This document shows positions 24,232 through 33,396 of a DNA stretch of 40,822 nt, one piece after another. This stretch comes from Methylobacteriaceae bacterium (GTDB lineage: Bacteria > Pseudomonadota > Alphaproteobacteria > Rhizobiales > Beijerinckiaceae): NCBI GenBank assembly GCA_019242655.1, contig JAFAVH010000115.1:1-40822 (forward strand). Direction: 5' to 3'. The position numbers and the translations under genes are program-made. The notes under the pieces were generated by a model. The model did no database searches and was not told the origin of the DNA. It saw nothing but the letters and a program-made list of their open reading frames with translations. Every line of letters starts with the position of its first letter. Within the stretch, counting starts at the first letter, position 1.

Positions 24232-26101
24232 GCCTGCGCATCTCGTTGAACACTTCCTCGACCCCGATCAACCGGATGCAAGCGAAGTCCCGGCCGCATT
24301 CCTCGCCGTTTCGCCCAATTCCACAGCCCGCGCACGGCACGCGCCGGCTGATGATCGATCCGGTTTGCTCTTGCCCCCATTCGTTCCAGCCAAGCCGCGC
24401 CATATGGATGCTGACGACCGGCGTGCCGCGCAGTGCGGCGAGATGCTTTGGACCGGAGTCATTACCGACGAAGATGCGCGCCCGGGACAGAAGAGCATCG
24501 AAATCGTCGAATGCGAGTCGCTCCGGAAGCCTGATCAGCCGTTTCGACGGCCGTTCCTGCTGAATGGGATCCTCACCCATCAGGACGACCTGGAGCGCGG
24601 TCCGCTCAATCAGCACCTGTGCCAGCGAAGCGTAGTGCGGCCAGCGGCTGTAAGCCAGCCGCGCGCCGTTATGCAGGACTGCATATTCGGCCGATGCTTC
24701 GATGCCAAAACGTTCGAGCCGCTGCCCACCGAGCCCCCGGCGCGGCAGTATCTCGGCCGCGCCATACTGAGCTGCGATGAGACCGTTGACAAGCGCGAGC
24801 ATCTTGCGCGACGGCGGGATGGTCTCGCGATAGTTCACCGGATCGTGCGCGTTGATATCAAGGCCGGCGGAGAGCCAGGGCGTGTCGCGGTCGCGAAAGC
24901 CATAAAGAAAGGGCGCGCCTGAGAGCTGCAACAGCGGCCGGGAGCCCGCGCCTTCGCCGAGATCTATGGCAATGTCGAAGCGATAACGGTGCAATGTCGC
25001 CGTGAGCGACGCCTGTGCTTCGACGGTCATCGTCCGACGTTCGTCGTGGCCATTGTCCGCGAACGCGCAGGTCACCACCTCGTCGACGAAGTCGAGCGTC
25101 CAGGCGAGCTCGGTATTCGCGTCGCTGACGAGCAGCACGATGCGCGCGTCGGGAAAGCCTGAACGCAGGCGGCGAAGCGCTGGGATCGAGCAGACAAGAT
25201 CGCCGAGCTGATCTGCGCGCTGCACGAGAATGGTGCGCGGCTGCGCAAGCAACGAACGCCGCGCCGATCGGATGACGCTGGTCCGCCCGTTGATCGCCGC
25301 CTCCAGACCGCCGGTGTCCGCTTGCGCCGGCGACACGAGGGCATCCGAGTCCGGGTGATCGGCGGCGGGCGGCGGGGCAATGGTCAGGACGGTGCGATAG
25401 GAGCGGGAGCGCCGACCCTGCTCCGCGAAGCGTAGCTCGATATCCTTGCTGCCGGGCGTCAGCCCCGACACGTCGCACCAGATATTGAATACGTATTTCG
25501 TTCTTGCCGATGCCGGCAGAGGCAGCGCCTGGAGCGGTTCGCGATGGAAAACGACGCCATCGATCAGGACGAGCAGCTCGGCCGCGCTCCCACTGCCGAT
25601 CGCGAAACCATGAATCGCCTCAACTCCGCTGAGGACGCGGGCGAATCCGCTCGCCGTGCGCGCTCGCTTCGCGCCAAGCCGGCGGACATGGACGCCGAAG
25701 CCCGGTTCGCTGGGCTTGCCACTCGCGGCGAGAAGCTCGGGTACAAGGGAAACCGATCCCTCGGCGCATGAATTCGGCTCAGCAGCGGCCCGGAAGCTTC
25801 GAACCTGGCGGGTCAGCTCGGGATTGGTCGGAGCAAGCCGGAGCGCTTGCTGGTAGAGCCGCTCGGCCCCGGCGTCATTCCCCAGCTCGCTATGCATATG
25901 CGCAAAATGGGCCAGGATGCGCGGATCGGCGGGCGCAAGTCGCGTCGCCTCTTCATAAAGGACGCTCGCCGCCTCGAACCGCTGCGCATCGCGTGCGCGG
26001 TTTGCTCGCAGCATCAGCCGATGTGCCATGCCACCTCGCGACAGGCTGGGAAGATAGGACAGCGCGATCCGAACCATCGTCGAGGGCGAGGCTATGGCCA
26101 T
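24221..26101 (-). CDS. Three-domain TPR / beta-rich / GT9 heptosyltransferase-like protein, paralog 4
   Basis: 626 aa. TPRs (AASVLYEEATRLAPADPRILAHFAHMHSELGNDAGAERLYQQALRLAPTNPEL). Also SGVEAIHGFAIGS, KYVFNIWCDVS, ILVQRADQLGDLVCSIPALRRLR, FVGNDSGPKHLAALRG, PCAGCGIGRNGEECGRDFAC. Confidence 0.85.
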   Translation of the reverse strand: MAIASPSTMVRIALSYLPSLSRGGMAHRLMLRANRARDAQRFEAASVLYEEATRLAPADPRILAHFAHMHSELGNDAGAERLYQQALRLAPTNPELTRQVRSFRAAAEPNSCAEGSVSLVPELLAASGKPSEPGFGVHVRRLGAKRARTASGFARVLSGVEAIHGFAIGSGSAAELLVLIDGVVFHREPLQALPLPASARTKYVFNIWCDVSGLTPGSKDIELRFAEQGRRSRSYRTVLTIAPPPAADHPDSDALVSPAQADTGGLEAAINGRTSVIRSARRSLLAQPRTILVQRADQLGDLVCSIPALRRLRSGFPDARIVLLVSDANTELAWTLDFVDEVVTCAFADNGHDERRTMTVEAQASLTATLHRYRFDIAIDLGEGAGSRPLLQLSGAPFLYGFRDRDTPWLSAGLDINAHDPVNYRETIPPSRKMLALVNGLIAAQYGAAEILPRRGLGGQRLERFGIEASAEYAVLHNGARLAYSRWPHYASLAQVLIERTALQVVLMGEDPIQQERPSKRLIRLPERLAFDDFDALLSRARIFVGNDSGPKHLAALRGTPVVSIHMARLGWNEWGQEQTGSIISRRVPCAGCGIGRNGEECGRDFACIRLIGVEEVFNEMRRLMA

Positions 26102-26157
26102 GTCCGCTCCTGATCGGGGCGGCGCCGCCGCTGCAACAGGCCCATCAGCGGCGTCGC

Positions 26158-27615
26158 TCAGCGCCCGCTGGATGTCGCGACCAGCCGGCTCGTCGAATGG
26201 CCGGCGCTGAGATCGGCGAGCACGACACGACCACCCCGCGCCTGTACGACGTCGGCACCCGCGACCTGCTCGATCGTATAATCGGCGCCTTTGATCAGCA
26301 CGTCCGGCTTGAGCGCCTCGATCAGCTCGCGTGGCGTGTCCTCATCGAAGATTACGACCGCTGCGACACCCTTCAAGGCACCCATCACGATCGCACGCGA
26401 CTGCTCGTCCTGGACGGGACGCGTTTCGCCCTTCAGTCGCTGTACTGACGCATCCGAATTGAGCGCCACGATTAGCCGATCGCACGCGCTCGCCGCCTGC
26501 TGCAGTAGCGAAACATGGCCGGGGTGCAGCAGGTCGAAGCAGCCGTTCGCGAATCCCACCGTTAGCCGTTCGCGCGCCCAGGCCCATCGCAGCGCGACCA
26601 TCGCATCAGGGCTCAGGAGCCGGCCATCTTCGACCCCAGAGGAGACATTCTCAGCTTGGATCGAGCCGGAAAGTTCATCGCAGCTGACGCTCGCCGTTCC
26701 GAGCTTCGAAACGACTATGCCCGCCGCATGATTCGCGAGCCGCATGCACTCGAGCATAGGGAGATTGGCGGCGAGGGCCGCGGCGAGCACGGCGACAACA
26801 GTATCGCCGGCGCCGGAGACGTCAAAAACATTCTGCGCGGCCGTGGCAAGATGGGTGGGGCCACCATCGGTTGGGAAAAAGGACAGGCCCTTTTCCGAGC
26901 GGGTGAGGAGGATGTGGGCGCCCGAAACCTTCTGAGCGCGCGCTGCCGCGGCCGCCGCTTCCTCGTCCGTCTCGCAAGGCAGGCCGGTTGCATCTGACAA
27001 TTCCTTGCGGTTGGGAGTGAGGATCGAGGCGCCGTGGTAGGCGGCGAGGTCCAGGCGCTTCGGATCGACAATGACCTTCTTCGACGAGGATCGCGCGTGG
27101 TCGATCACCGCACGCAGCACGCTGTCGGTACAGACGCCCTTGCCATAATCAGATATAACAACGGCATGGGCATCATCGATCGCCCCCCGGGCCGCTGCGA
27201 TCAACCGTCCCTCGAGGTCGGTCCCTAGCGGCAGCATGTCCTCATGATCGACCCGCACGATTTGTTGATGCGCTCCGATTATCCGCAGCTTGCGGGTCGT
27301 ACGGCGATCGTCGGTCTCTATGATCCGGGAGCAGTCGACTTCCCCCAAGCCGCAGATCGCATCGATCAACTCAGCGCGGACCGAGTCGCGCCCGGCAAGC
27401 CCCACGAGGTTCACACCGACATGCAAGCTCGCCAGGTTAGCCGCGACGTTGGCGGCGCCTCCGGGAACGGAATGCTCGTTCACGACGCGCATCACGGGAA
27501 CGGGCGCCTCGGGCGAGATGCGGCTGACCTCGCCCATCATGTAGCAATCGAGCATGACGTCGCCGATCACCGCAATGCGGCTCGACTGAAGCAGTTCGAC
27601 GGGTGGGTGGATCAC
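26158..27615 (-). CDS. hldE: Bifunctional D-glycero-beta-D-manno-heptose-7-phosphate kinase / heptose-1-phosphate adenylyltransferase
   Basis: 485 aa. The N-terminal ribokinase-like domain has VIGDVMLDCY ... GGAANVAANL ... VFDVSGAGDTV. The C-terminal cytidylyltransferase-like domain has GFANGCFDLLHPGHVSLL ... VIFDEDTP. The GTG start overlaps the upstream stop (GTGA at 27612..27615). Confidence 0.92.
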   Translation of the reverse strand: MIHPPVELLQSSRIAVIGDVMLDCYMMGEVSRISPEAPVPVMRVVNEHSVPGGAANVAANLASLHVGVNLVGLAGRDSVRAELIDAICGLGEVDCSRIIETDDRRTTRKLRIIGAHQQIVRVDHEDMLPLGTDLEGRLIAAARGAIDDAHAVVISDYGKGVCTDSVLRAVIDHARSSSKKVIVDPKRLDLAAYHGASILTPNRKELSDATGLPCETDEEAAAAAARAQKVSGAHILLTRSEKGLSFFPTDGGPTHLATAAQNVFDVSGAGDTVVAVLAAALAANLPMLECMRLANHAAGIVVSKLGTASVSCDELSGSIQAENVSSGVEDGRLLSPDAMVALRWAWARERLTVGFANGCFDLLHPGHVSLLQQAASACDRLIVALNSDASVQRLKGETRPVQDEQSRAIVMGALKGVAAVVIFDEDTPRELIEALKPDVLIKGADYTIEQVAGADVVQARGGRVVLADLSAGHSTSRLVATSSGR

Positions 27616-28802
27616 GATTTGATACCTATTTCGAGCTGATCCCGCGCACCGATCGCTTCGCTGGGCTCGCGAGAAGCAAGTTCGGTAGCAGCGACGAACA
27701 AATGGTAGAGCGTGCTCGCCGGAACATAGTCGACGAGTGGCCGGCGCTTGTCGTCAAGGTGGTCGATCCAGCCTCCGGCGAACGGGTGTCCGACGAAATT
27801 CTCGAGAAGAGTTCCTGCCATCGCTTCTGCCAGTTCGCGTGAGCCCGGAGCGCCGGCGCGCTCCTGAGCGACGGCAGCCTTGATCGCTTCGGTATGCGGC
27901 CAGACCCTGTGCGAGGACTTGATGATGACGCGATCGGTGTTGAGCTCGTCATGGATTAGGCCGTGGTCGGAGATCCCGCAATCCCGCGCGGTCGCGTGTA
28001 GGCGCCCGGCGCGCAGCGTCGTGTCCGCTTGGCAAAGGCGATCATATTCGGAGAGGAGCCAGCACCATTCGAAATGATGCCCCGGCTCGAACACATGCGC
28101 ACGCTTGACATCGGGGTGAAACGTCCAAGCTTCGTCGAAATGCTCGATAAGGTACTCGTCTCGCACCAAGCGGCGATCCAGCAGCTCGACTAGCTGGCTG
28201 GCGCGCTCGCGATAGCCGCGCCCCGGCGCAGCCGCTTCGAGGGCAAGATATGCCTCGAGAAAATGCATGAGCGGGTTCTGGCGCTTGGTGCGCACGGTAA
28301 TCGGTGCCGCATCGTAGAGACCGCCGTGGGTCACATCGGTGAGCTCGCTATCGATGAAGCCGATGATCCGTTCCGCGAGCACCAGCAGCGCGGCATCGCC
28401 GGTCAGTTGATACACCCACGCTATCGCTAGCAGCACGAATGCGTGGGTATAGGCGTCGCGGTCCGTCGATAGCGGTCGTCCTGCGCCATCCACCGAGAAG
28501 ATGAAGGAGGAGGTCCTGCCGTTGCTCGAGCCGTAGGTCCTCAGCAACGACTCCAGGGCTCTCGAGGCGAGCTCCGCACCTGGCTCGAACCAGCCGAGCT
28601 TCGCCGCATGCGCGTACACGTAGATCTGGCGGGACTGCACCATCGCGCGCTGGGGCACGTCCAAGGGCCGACCCGCGAAGTCTAGACGCTCATGAAAGCG
28701 ATGGCGCACTGTATCGAACCCACCGCTTGCCCAAAATGGCAGCGCCTCATTGATCACCCATTCTAGATAGACTCGTGCTCGGCCTGCGAGAGCGCCTCTC
28801 AC
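27612..28802 (-). CDS. AGE-superfamily (N-acylglucosamine 2-epimerase / aldose-ketose isomerase-like) enzyme
   Basis: Motifs: LPFWASGGFD ... RFHERLD, RAMVQSRQIYVYAHA, DAYTHAFVLLAIAW, NPLMHFLEAYLAL, EPGHHFEWCWLL, RVWPHTEAIKA, ASTLYHL. GTG 28802 overlaps the gmhB stop (GTGA at 28799..28802). The longest ORF runs to 28862. Confidence 0.8.
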   Translation of the reverse strand: MRGALAGRARVYLEWVINEALPFWASGGFDTVRHRFHERLDFAGRPLDVPQRAMVQSRQIYVYAHAAKLGWFEPGAELASRALESLLRTYGSSNGRTSSFIFSVDGAGRPLSTDRDAYTHAFVLLAIAWVYQLTGDAALLVLAERIIGFIDSELTDVTHGGLYDAAPITVRTKRQNPLMHFLEAYLALEAAAPGRGYRERASQLVELLDRRLVRDEYLIEHFDEAWTFHPDVKRAHVFEPGHHFEWCWLLSEYDRLCQADTTLRAGRLHATARDCGISDHGLIHDELNTDRVIIKSSHRVWPHTEAIKAAVAQERAGAPGSRELAEAMAGTLLENFVGHPFAGGWIDHLDDKRRPLVDYVPASTLYHLFVAATELASREPSEAIGARDQLEIGIKS

Positions 28803-29407
28803 CCTATCTCTCCGAAGGCATGTTCGGCCAGCATGCTTCTGACGCTCGCCGCGAGATCGCACGCGTTCGTCTCCACCAGCAGAGCTGGAACGCCCGCGGC
28901 CGCGGCGGCATCGAGGTCGCTCTGCCGGTCGCCGATCATGAAGCTTCCTTCTCGGCGGATAGGGAGATCGCGCATCGCCTGCATGAGCATGCCGGAACCC
29001 GGCTTGCGGGTATCATGCTCTATCGCGAAGGCCGGAATCGTGCCGTCCGGATGATAGGGGCAATAGTAGAATCGATCGATGCGAGCGCCCTGCTCGCTAA
29101 GCGTTCGCAGCATCTGGTCATGAAAGCGTTCCACATCCTCGACCCCGTAATGGCCGCGCGCGATGCCCGACTGGTTCGTGACGACGATCACGAAGTAGCC
29201 AGCGGCATTGAGGAGGCGAACGGCCTCGACGGCGGTGGGGGTGAACCGCAAGTCTTCCGGCCGGTGGGTGAAGCCCATGTCCACGTTGAGCACGCCGTCG
29301 CGATCGAGGAACGCGGCGGCACGCGCGTCCTGTTCGGCATACCGGGCGACCGCCGCCCGATTGGCCGAAGGAAGGCCACGGTGCCGCGCGCCAAGTTCAG
29401 GCGGCAT
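28799..29407 (-). CDS. gmhB: D-glycero-beta-D-manno-heptose-1,7-bisphosphate 7-phosphatase
   Basis: AAFLDRDGVLN (HAD motif I), VIVVTNQSGIARGHY, CPYHPDG, RKPGSGML, FMIGDRQSDLDAA. The start overlaps the kpsE stop by 11 nt. Confidence 0.88.
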   Translation of the reverse strand: MPPELGARHRGLPSANRAAVARYAEQDARAAAFLDRDGVLNVDMGFTHRPEDLRFTPTAVEAVRLLNAAGYFVIVVTNQSGIARGHYGVEDVERFHDQMLRTLSEQGARIDRFYYCPYHPDGTIPAFAIEHDTRKPGSGMLMQAMRDLPIRREGSFMIGDRQSDLDAAAAAGVPALLVETNACDLAASVRSMLAEHAFGEIG

Positions 29408-30575
29408 GCTCGCGCACGCCTGCGACGATCAGCCAGCCAATCGAGTAAGCGAGCAGGAGCGCGATCAGCAGCGTGATCAGGATGCGACCGCGCTCTGGAT
29501 AAAGCGACTGAACCGGCATGTTGGGCTCCACCACCCGGACGAGATAGAGCTGCTGCCGAAGCGCCTGCTCGCGCGCGCGCTCGAGGTTGCTCGCCGCGGC
29601 GTCATAGCGCTTGCTGAGGAACTGCTGCCGCAGCTGGAGCCCTTCATAGCTTCCGATATCGGCCGCGATCGCTTGATTCCCGCCAGTCAACCGTCCGAAC
29701 TGCGCCGCGACCTGTGCGGACAAGGCATCGACGCGGGACTGGAGCGCCTTGAACTGCGGGCTGTTGTGATTGATCATCTGGCCCATCGACGCGAGCTGCG
29801 CGCGCGCCGCCGAGAGTTGCGCCGTGAGCGTCGAAACTAGAGTGATCTGGGCCTGTCCCGACGCCGCTGGATCGATGTCGCGACGATTTTGCCGGAAGTT
29901 GGTCAGCTGGATCTGCGACTGAGCGAGCGCTGCTTCGGCATCGGCCAGCTGCCGGCGCGACATGCCGATAGCATCCTCGTAGCTGCGCCGGTTGAGGACG
30001 TTCACCCGCTCTTCACCCAGCTGCAGCAGCCGGCTTATAAGAAGAAAAGCGTCATCCGGCCTGAACGCGCGCACCGTTACGGTGGCGATGCCGCTGTCGG
30101 CATCAATGGCGACCTGCACATGCCGGCGATAATATTTGAGGAGCTGCTCAGGCGTCGGATCGGACGACCACAGCCTGCTGAACGGGTCAATGCCGGGAAG
30201 GGTGAAGCGCTCGATGAGCCGATCCTTTGCTCTGAGCGTCGCGACGGCGTCATGCGATGTTAGGTAGTCGGCAACGCTCATCGCGTCATTCTGGCTGCCA
30301 GACATGCCGGCCATCGCACCCAATGCAGCCGGTATGCCGGGCGTGCCTGGTTTGGCGCTGTCAACCGAGTGGACCAGAAAATGCGCCTCGGAGACGTACT
30401 GGTCCGATGCGAACACATAGAGATAGGTGGCCGTGATCAGAAGCGGCAAAGCGACGACCAGCAGGAAGAGGCGGCGGCGCCATGCCCATTGCTGGATCCG
30501 CTCGCGATAGGTGCGGCGCGGCTCCTGATAAGACGGGTCCACCGGAGTCATAATGCCGTGCATGTTCATGCTCAA
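29397..30575 (-). CDS. kpsE: Capsule polysaccharide export inner-membrane protein (PCP-3, KpsE/CtrB/RkpR-like)
   Basis: 392 aa. N-terminal TM (LFLLVVALPLLITATYLYVFASDQYVSEAHFLV), a long coiled periplasmic region, and a C-terminal TM (ILITLLIALLLAYSIGWLIV). Confidence 0.85.
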   Translation of the reverse strand: MSMNMHGIMTPVDPSYQEPRRTYRERIQQWAWRRRLFLLVVALPLLITATYLYVFASDQYVSEAHFLVHSVDSAKPGTPGIPAALGAMAGMSGSQNDAMSVADYLTSHDAVATLRAKDRLIERFTLPGIDPFSRLWSSDPTPEQLLKYYRRHVQVAIDADSGIATVTVRAFRPDDAFLLISRLLQLGEERVNVLNRRSYEDAIGMSRRQLADAEAALAQSQIQLTNFRQNRRDIDPAASGQAQITLVSTLTAQLSAARAQLASMGQMINHNSPQFKALQSRVDALSAQVAAQFGRLTGGNQAIAADIGSYEGLQLRQQFLSKRYDAAASNLERAREQALRQQLYLVRVVEPNMPVQSLYPERGRILITLLIALLLAYSIGWLIVAGVREHAA

Positions 30576-30609
30576 TCTCGACTTCTGAAGGGCGCCGGAA
30601 CGCGCGACA

Positions 30610-31425
30610 TTATCCCAGATGCAGCTTGTGACGAAGTGTCCGCACGCAAACGAGCCCGGTCCAGGTTAGGATGGCGCACGCTGCCACGAGATATTCGCCG
30701 TAGAAATAATCCAGTTTAGCCGCGCTGAACTGACCGTAGCGGGCAAGCTCAAAGATGCTTGTAATAGGCAGGTAGCTCAGCCAGTCACGATAGGGATGCG
30801 GCAGCCAGGCGAGCGGGATGAACGCGCCCGACAGACCCACCATGAAATAGGAGTAGGGGTGGACGAGGCGCCCGATGGTCCGGTTCTCGTACGAGATCGC
30901 TGTGATAACGAGCGAATGACCGAAGGAATACCAGAACATGAGGCCCCATGCGGCCAACAGCGCCAACGGCCTCACCGGCGGATTGGCGAGCCTGAGGCAG
31001 ATGATCAGCGTCATCAGGATGACGAAGGTCAAGAAGACGCCGGCAAACTCCAGAAGCGCCCGCGCGATCGTAATATCGAGGATGGTGACCTGCCGGTGAT
31101 AGAGTAGCGGCGCGTTCGCTTCGAGGCTCCCCTCCGATCGGTTGACGATACCGCGGAAGAGGATGAACACGGTATATCCGAGGACGGCGAACGGCAGCGC
31201 CTTCATGTCGCCGCCATGACCGGCGTGCGACGAGGCGGAGTGAAGCAGTCCGATCACCGTGGCAAGCATCATCGGTTCGCCGACCAGCCATAGATAGCCC
31301 ACATTCTCGCGGCCGTAGCGCGTGTGGAGCTCGCGCAGGATAAGTGCTCCGATAACGCGGCTTTGGATCGCAAGAGCATCGAAGAAGCTGCCGCGCGCCG
31401 ATTGCGGGAATGGGACGCTACTCAT
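30610..31425 (-). CDS. kpsM: Capsule polysaccharide ABC-2 transporter permease (KpsM-like)
   Basis: 271 aa. LILRELHTRYGRENVGYLWLVGEPMM start and six predicted TM segments, the ABC-2 permease pattern. The start overlaps the upstream GT gene stop by 8 nt. Confidence 0.88.
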   Translation of the reverse strand: MSSVPFPQSARGSFFDALAIQSRVIGALILRELHTRYGRENVGYLWLVGEPMMLATVIGLLHSASSHAGHGGDMKALPFAVLGYTVFILFRGIVNRSEGSLEANAPLLYHRQVTILDITIARALLEFAGVFLTFVILMTLIICLRLANPPVRPLALLAAWGLMFWYSFGHSLVITAISYENRTIGRLVHPYSYFMVGLSGAFIPLAWLPHPYRDWLSYLPITSIFELARYGQFSAAKLDYFYGEYLVAACAILTWTGLVCVRTLRHKLHLG

Positions 31426-32635
31426 TCACAGCCCTATGCAACATGTTGAGCACGATGGCGAGATGCTCAGGCCAGGTCGGCGCGCGCCACGCGGCGCTGC
31501 GTTGTCGCTGCGCCGCGGCGAGAGCGGAACCCGGCGACGCAAGATCTTGGATGGCGGCCTGCCAGCCAAGCCCGTCGAGCGGATCGAGATAGAGAGGGAC
31601 ATCGCCGCCCGCCTCGCGCAGCGCCGGCAGATCGCTGCAGAGCACCGGCACCCCCGCCGCCAACGCCTCTGCAACCGGCATACCGAAGCCTTCGGCAAAG
31701 GACGGCAGCAGCAGCCCGGCAGCGCCCGCAAGCAGCGACTGCGTCGCGCGATCGCCCAACCGCCCCTTCTCCTCGACGTAGCCGGCGAGCGTCGGGCATC
31801 TTTCAAGCATGTCGATGACCTGCTCGTTCTCCCAACCGCGCCGGCCGACGAGTATGAGCTTCGGCACGTTCTCCGGGCGCTGCCGTTCGGCTAGCCGGCG
31901 CCACAGGTTCAGCAGGAGAAGATGGTTCTTCCGTGGCTCGATCGTGCCGATGCACAGGAAGTAGGGCGGCTGCATTGAGACAGCGGCGGTCGCATCGCGG
32001 AGGCCGCTCATGGTGCCGAGCCGCGCCACGTCGATGAGCGGCAATCGATTGGAACGAGCCAACCAGGGCTGCAGCGACGCCAGGGTTGCCTGAGAATTCG
32101 CGATGATTCCGCTGGCCTGTTGAGTAATCGTGAGGATCCGCTCGCGATGCAGCCGAGCGCCGTTAGGGCGCGCATATTCCGGATATTCGAGCGGGATGAG
32201 GTCGTGGACCAGGCAGACGAAGCGCGCTCGCTCGCGCCGCAAGATATCGGCGACTAGGTTGGGCTGCGTGAGATTGTTAGGCGATGCCTGAAGATAGACC
32301 CGCCGCGCGCCGCTCGCCGGCGGCTTGGGGAAGCGCAAGCTAGGCGAGAGCCGAAGCCACCAATACGCGGCGAACCGACGCGATCTGCCGTCGCCGCCGC
32401 CTGCCTGGTCCCAGCGCTCCTCGGTCGCGGCGAGGAAGGCGAGCACCGCGTCTCTGCGCAATCGGCCGTAGACGCCGCTCGGGTGGACGGCGGCGAACGC
32501 CACCCGCCGCTCCGGCAGAAGCTCGAGAAGGCCGCGGGCATAGGCCATCTCAACGCGATCCACACCCGTCGGCGTCGAGTGCAGCAGTCGCGACAGCAAC
32601 CGCGAAAGATCGAGGACAACCTCAGCTTCCTTCAT
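31418..32635 (-). CDS. Glycosyltransferase, GT-B fold (Glycos_transf_1 / CAZy GT4-like)
   Basis: 405 aa. FFLCIGTIEPRKNHLLLL ... ILVGRRGW ... LLLPSFAEGFGMPVAEALAAGVPVLCSDLPALREAGG (EX7E region). Confidence 0.85.
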   Translation of the reverse strand: MKEAEVVLDLSRLLSRLLHSTPTGVDRVEMAYARGLLELLPERRVAFAAVHPSGVYGRLRRDAVLAFLAATEERWDQAGGGDGRSRRFAAYWWLRLSPSLRFPKPPASGARRVYLQASPNNLTQPNLVADILRRERARFVCLVHDLIPLEYPEYARPNGARLHRERILTITQQASGIIANSQATLASLQPWLARSNRLPLIDVARLGTMSGLRDATAAVSMQPPYFLCIGTIEPRKNHLLLLNLWRRLAERQRPENVPKLILVGRRGWENEQVIDMLERCPTLAGYVEEKGRLGDRATQSLLAGAAGLLLPSFAEGFGMPVAEALAAGVPVLCSDLPALREAGGDVPLYLDPLDGLGWQAAIQDLASPGSALAAAQRQRSAAWRAPTWPEHLAIVLNMLHRAVNE

Positions 32636-32946
32636 GAACCGCTTTCTGTTGGCGCGTGTACGGCGTCCGCCTCAGTGGGGGATGACGGGAGCTCCTCGTG
32701 CCGGCTTAAAGGGCAATCCAAGCTGCGCAAGGGATGGCAGCGGCGCACCCCTACCGCGGAGCTGCGTCGGATGGCGTGTGACGGCGGTTCGCGCTCGATT
32801 TTAGATGCTTGTCGAGCAGCAGCAGGCGCTCTCAGCACGATTAGACCGTTCTCCCTGGGTAGCATGTGAGACTTGCCATGGGCGGCCATTAGCGCGCTGT
32901 TGCAGGCACAGGCGATTGTTGCAGCGCTGCAGTCGACCGACTTGGC

Positions 32947-33270
32947 TCAGGGTTCCGCGGACAGGTCGGGAGCCGATTGCTTTGAGGGAGGCGGAGGCTT
33001 CAGCGGGTGAACGCCTGGCTTCTGGTATCCCGCTTCATTTCCTGGCAGCACGTCGCCGCCGCTATCGTCCTGCGCGCCGCAGCAATCCTGCGCCATCTGC
33101 GCGTTCGAAGCGGCAGCATCCGCTTTTTCGACCTGCTCGAGCTTGGCCTGCGTCTCGGCCAGTTCCGCCTGAAGAACCCGGACTTGCCGCTGCAGATTGG
33201 CGTCGGGGCGGCTGCATGCCGACACGAGCAGCGCGGCGACTGCAAAGATGATCGAATACGGCCGGCTCAT
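32947..33270 (-). CDS. Small lipoprotein with a coiled-coil segment and Pro-rich tail
   Basis: 107 aa from ATG 33270. Signal peptide plus lipobox MSRPYSIIFAVAALLVSAC, then LQRQVRVLQAELAETQAKLEQVEKA, then KPPPPSKQSAP. It is the last third of a 381-aa ORF whose upstream part is antisense to the WcbI-like gene. Confidence 0.6.
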   Translation of the reverse strand: MSRPYSIIFAVAALLVSACSRPDANLQRQVRVLQAELAETQAKLEQVEKADAAASNAQMAQDCCGAQDDSGGDVLPGNEAGYQKPGVHPLKPPPPSKQSAPDLSAEP

Positions 33271-33396
33271 GATTGGCGCATAGCAGCGCCCCGAGGAAGG
33301 AGTAAGCCGCCGTGGCCTGGCGGCGACCTGATTGTTGCCGTGCACCGCGTAAGAGTGGATAGATGCCGCCGTCGCATTCCGGAGGATGGACAAGCG

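Noticed and set aside
26128-26137. CTGCAACA-type octamers recurring near 26128 and 32895..32931 as a shared regulatory motif. This includes the 12-bp palindrome TGCAGCGCTGCA at 32920..32931.
   Set aside because: There are too few copies, in mixed orientations, and I could not scan coding regions rigorously by eye. It is not distinguishable from chance without a proper count.
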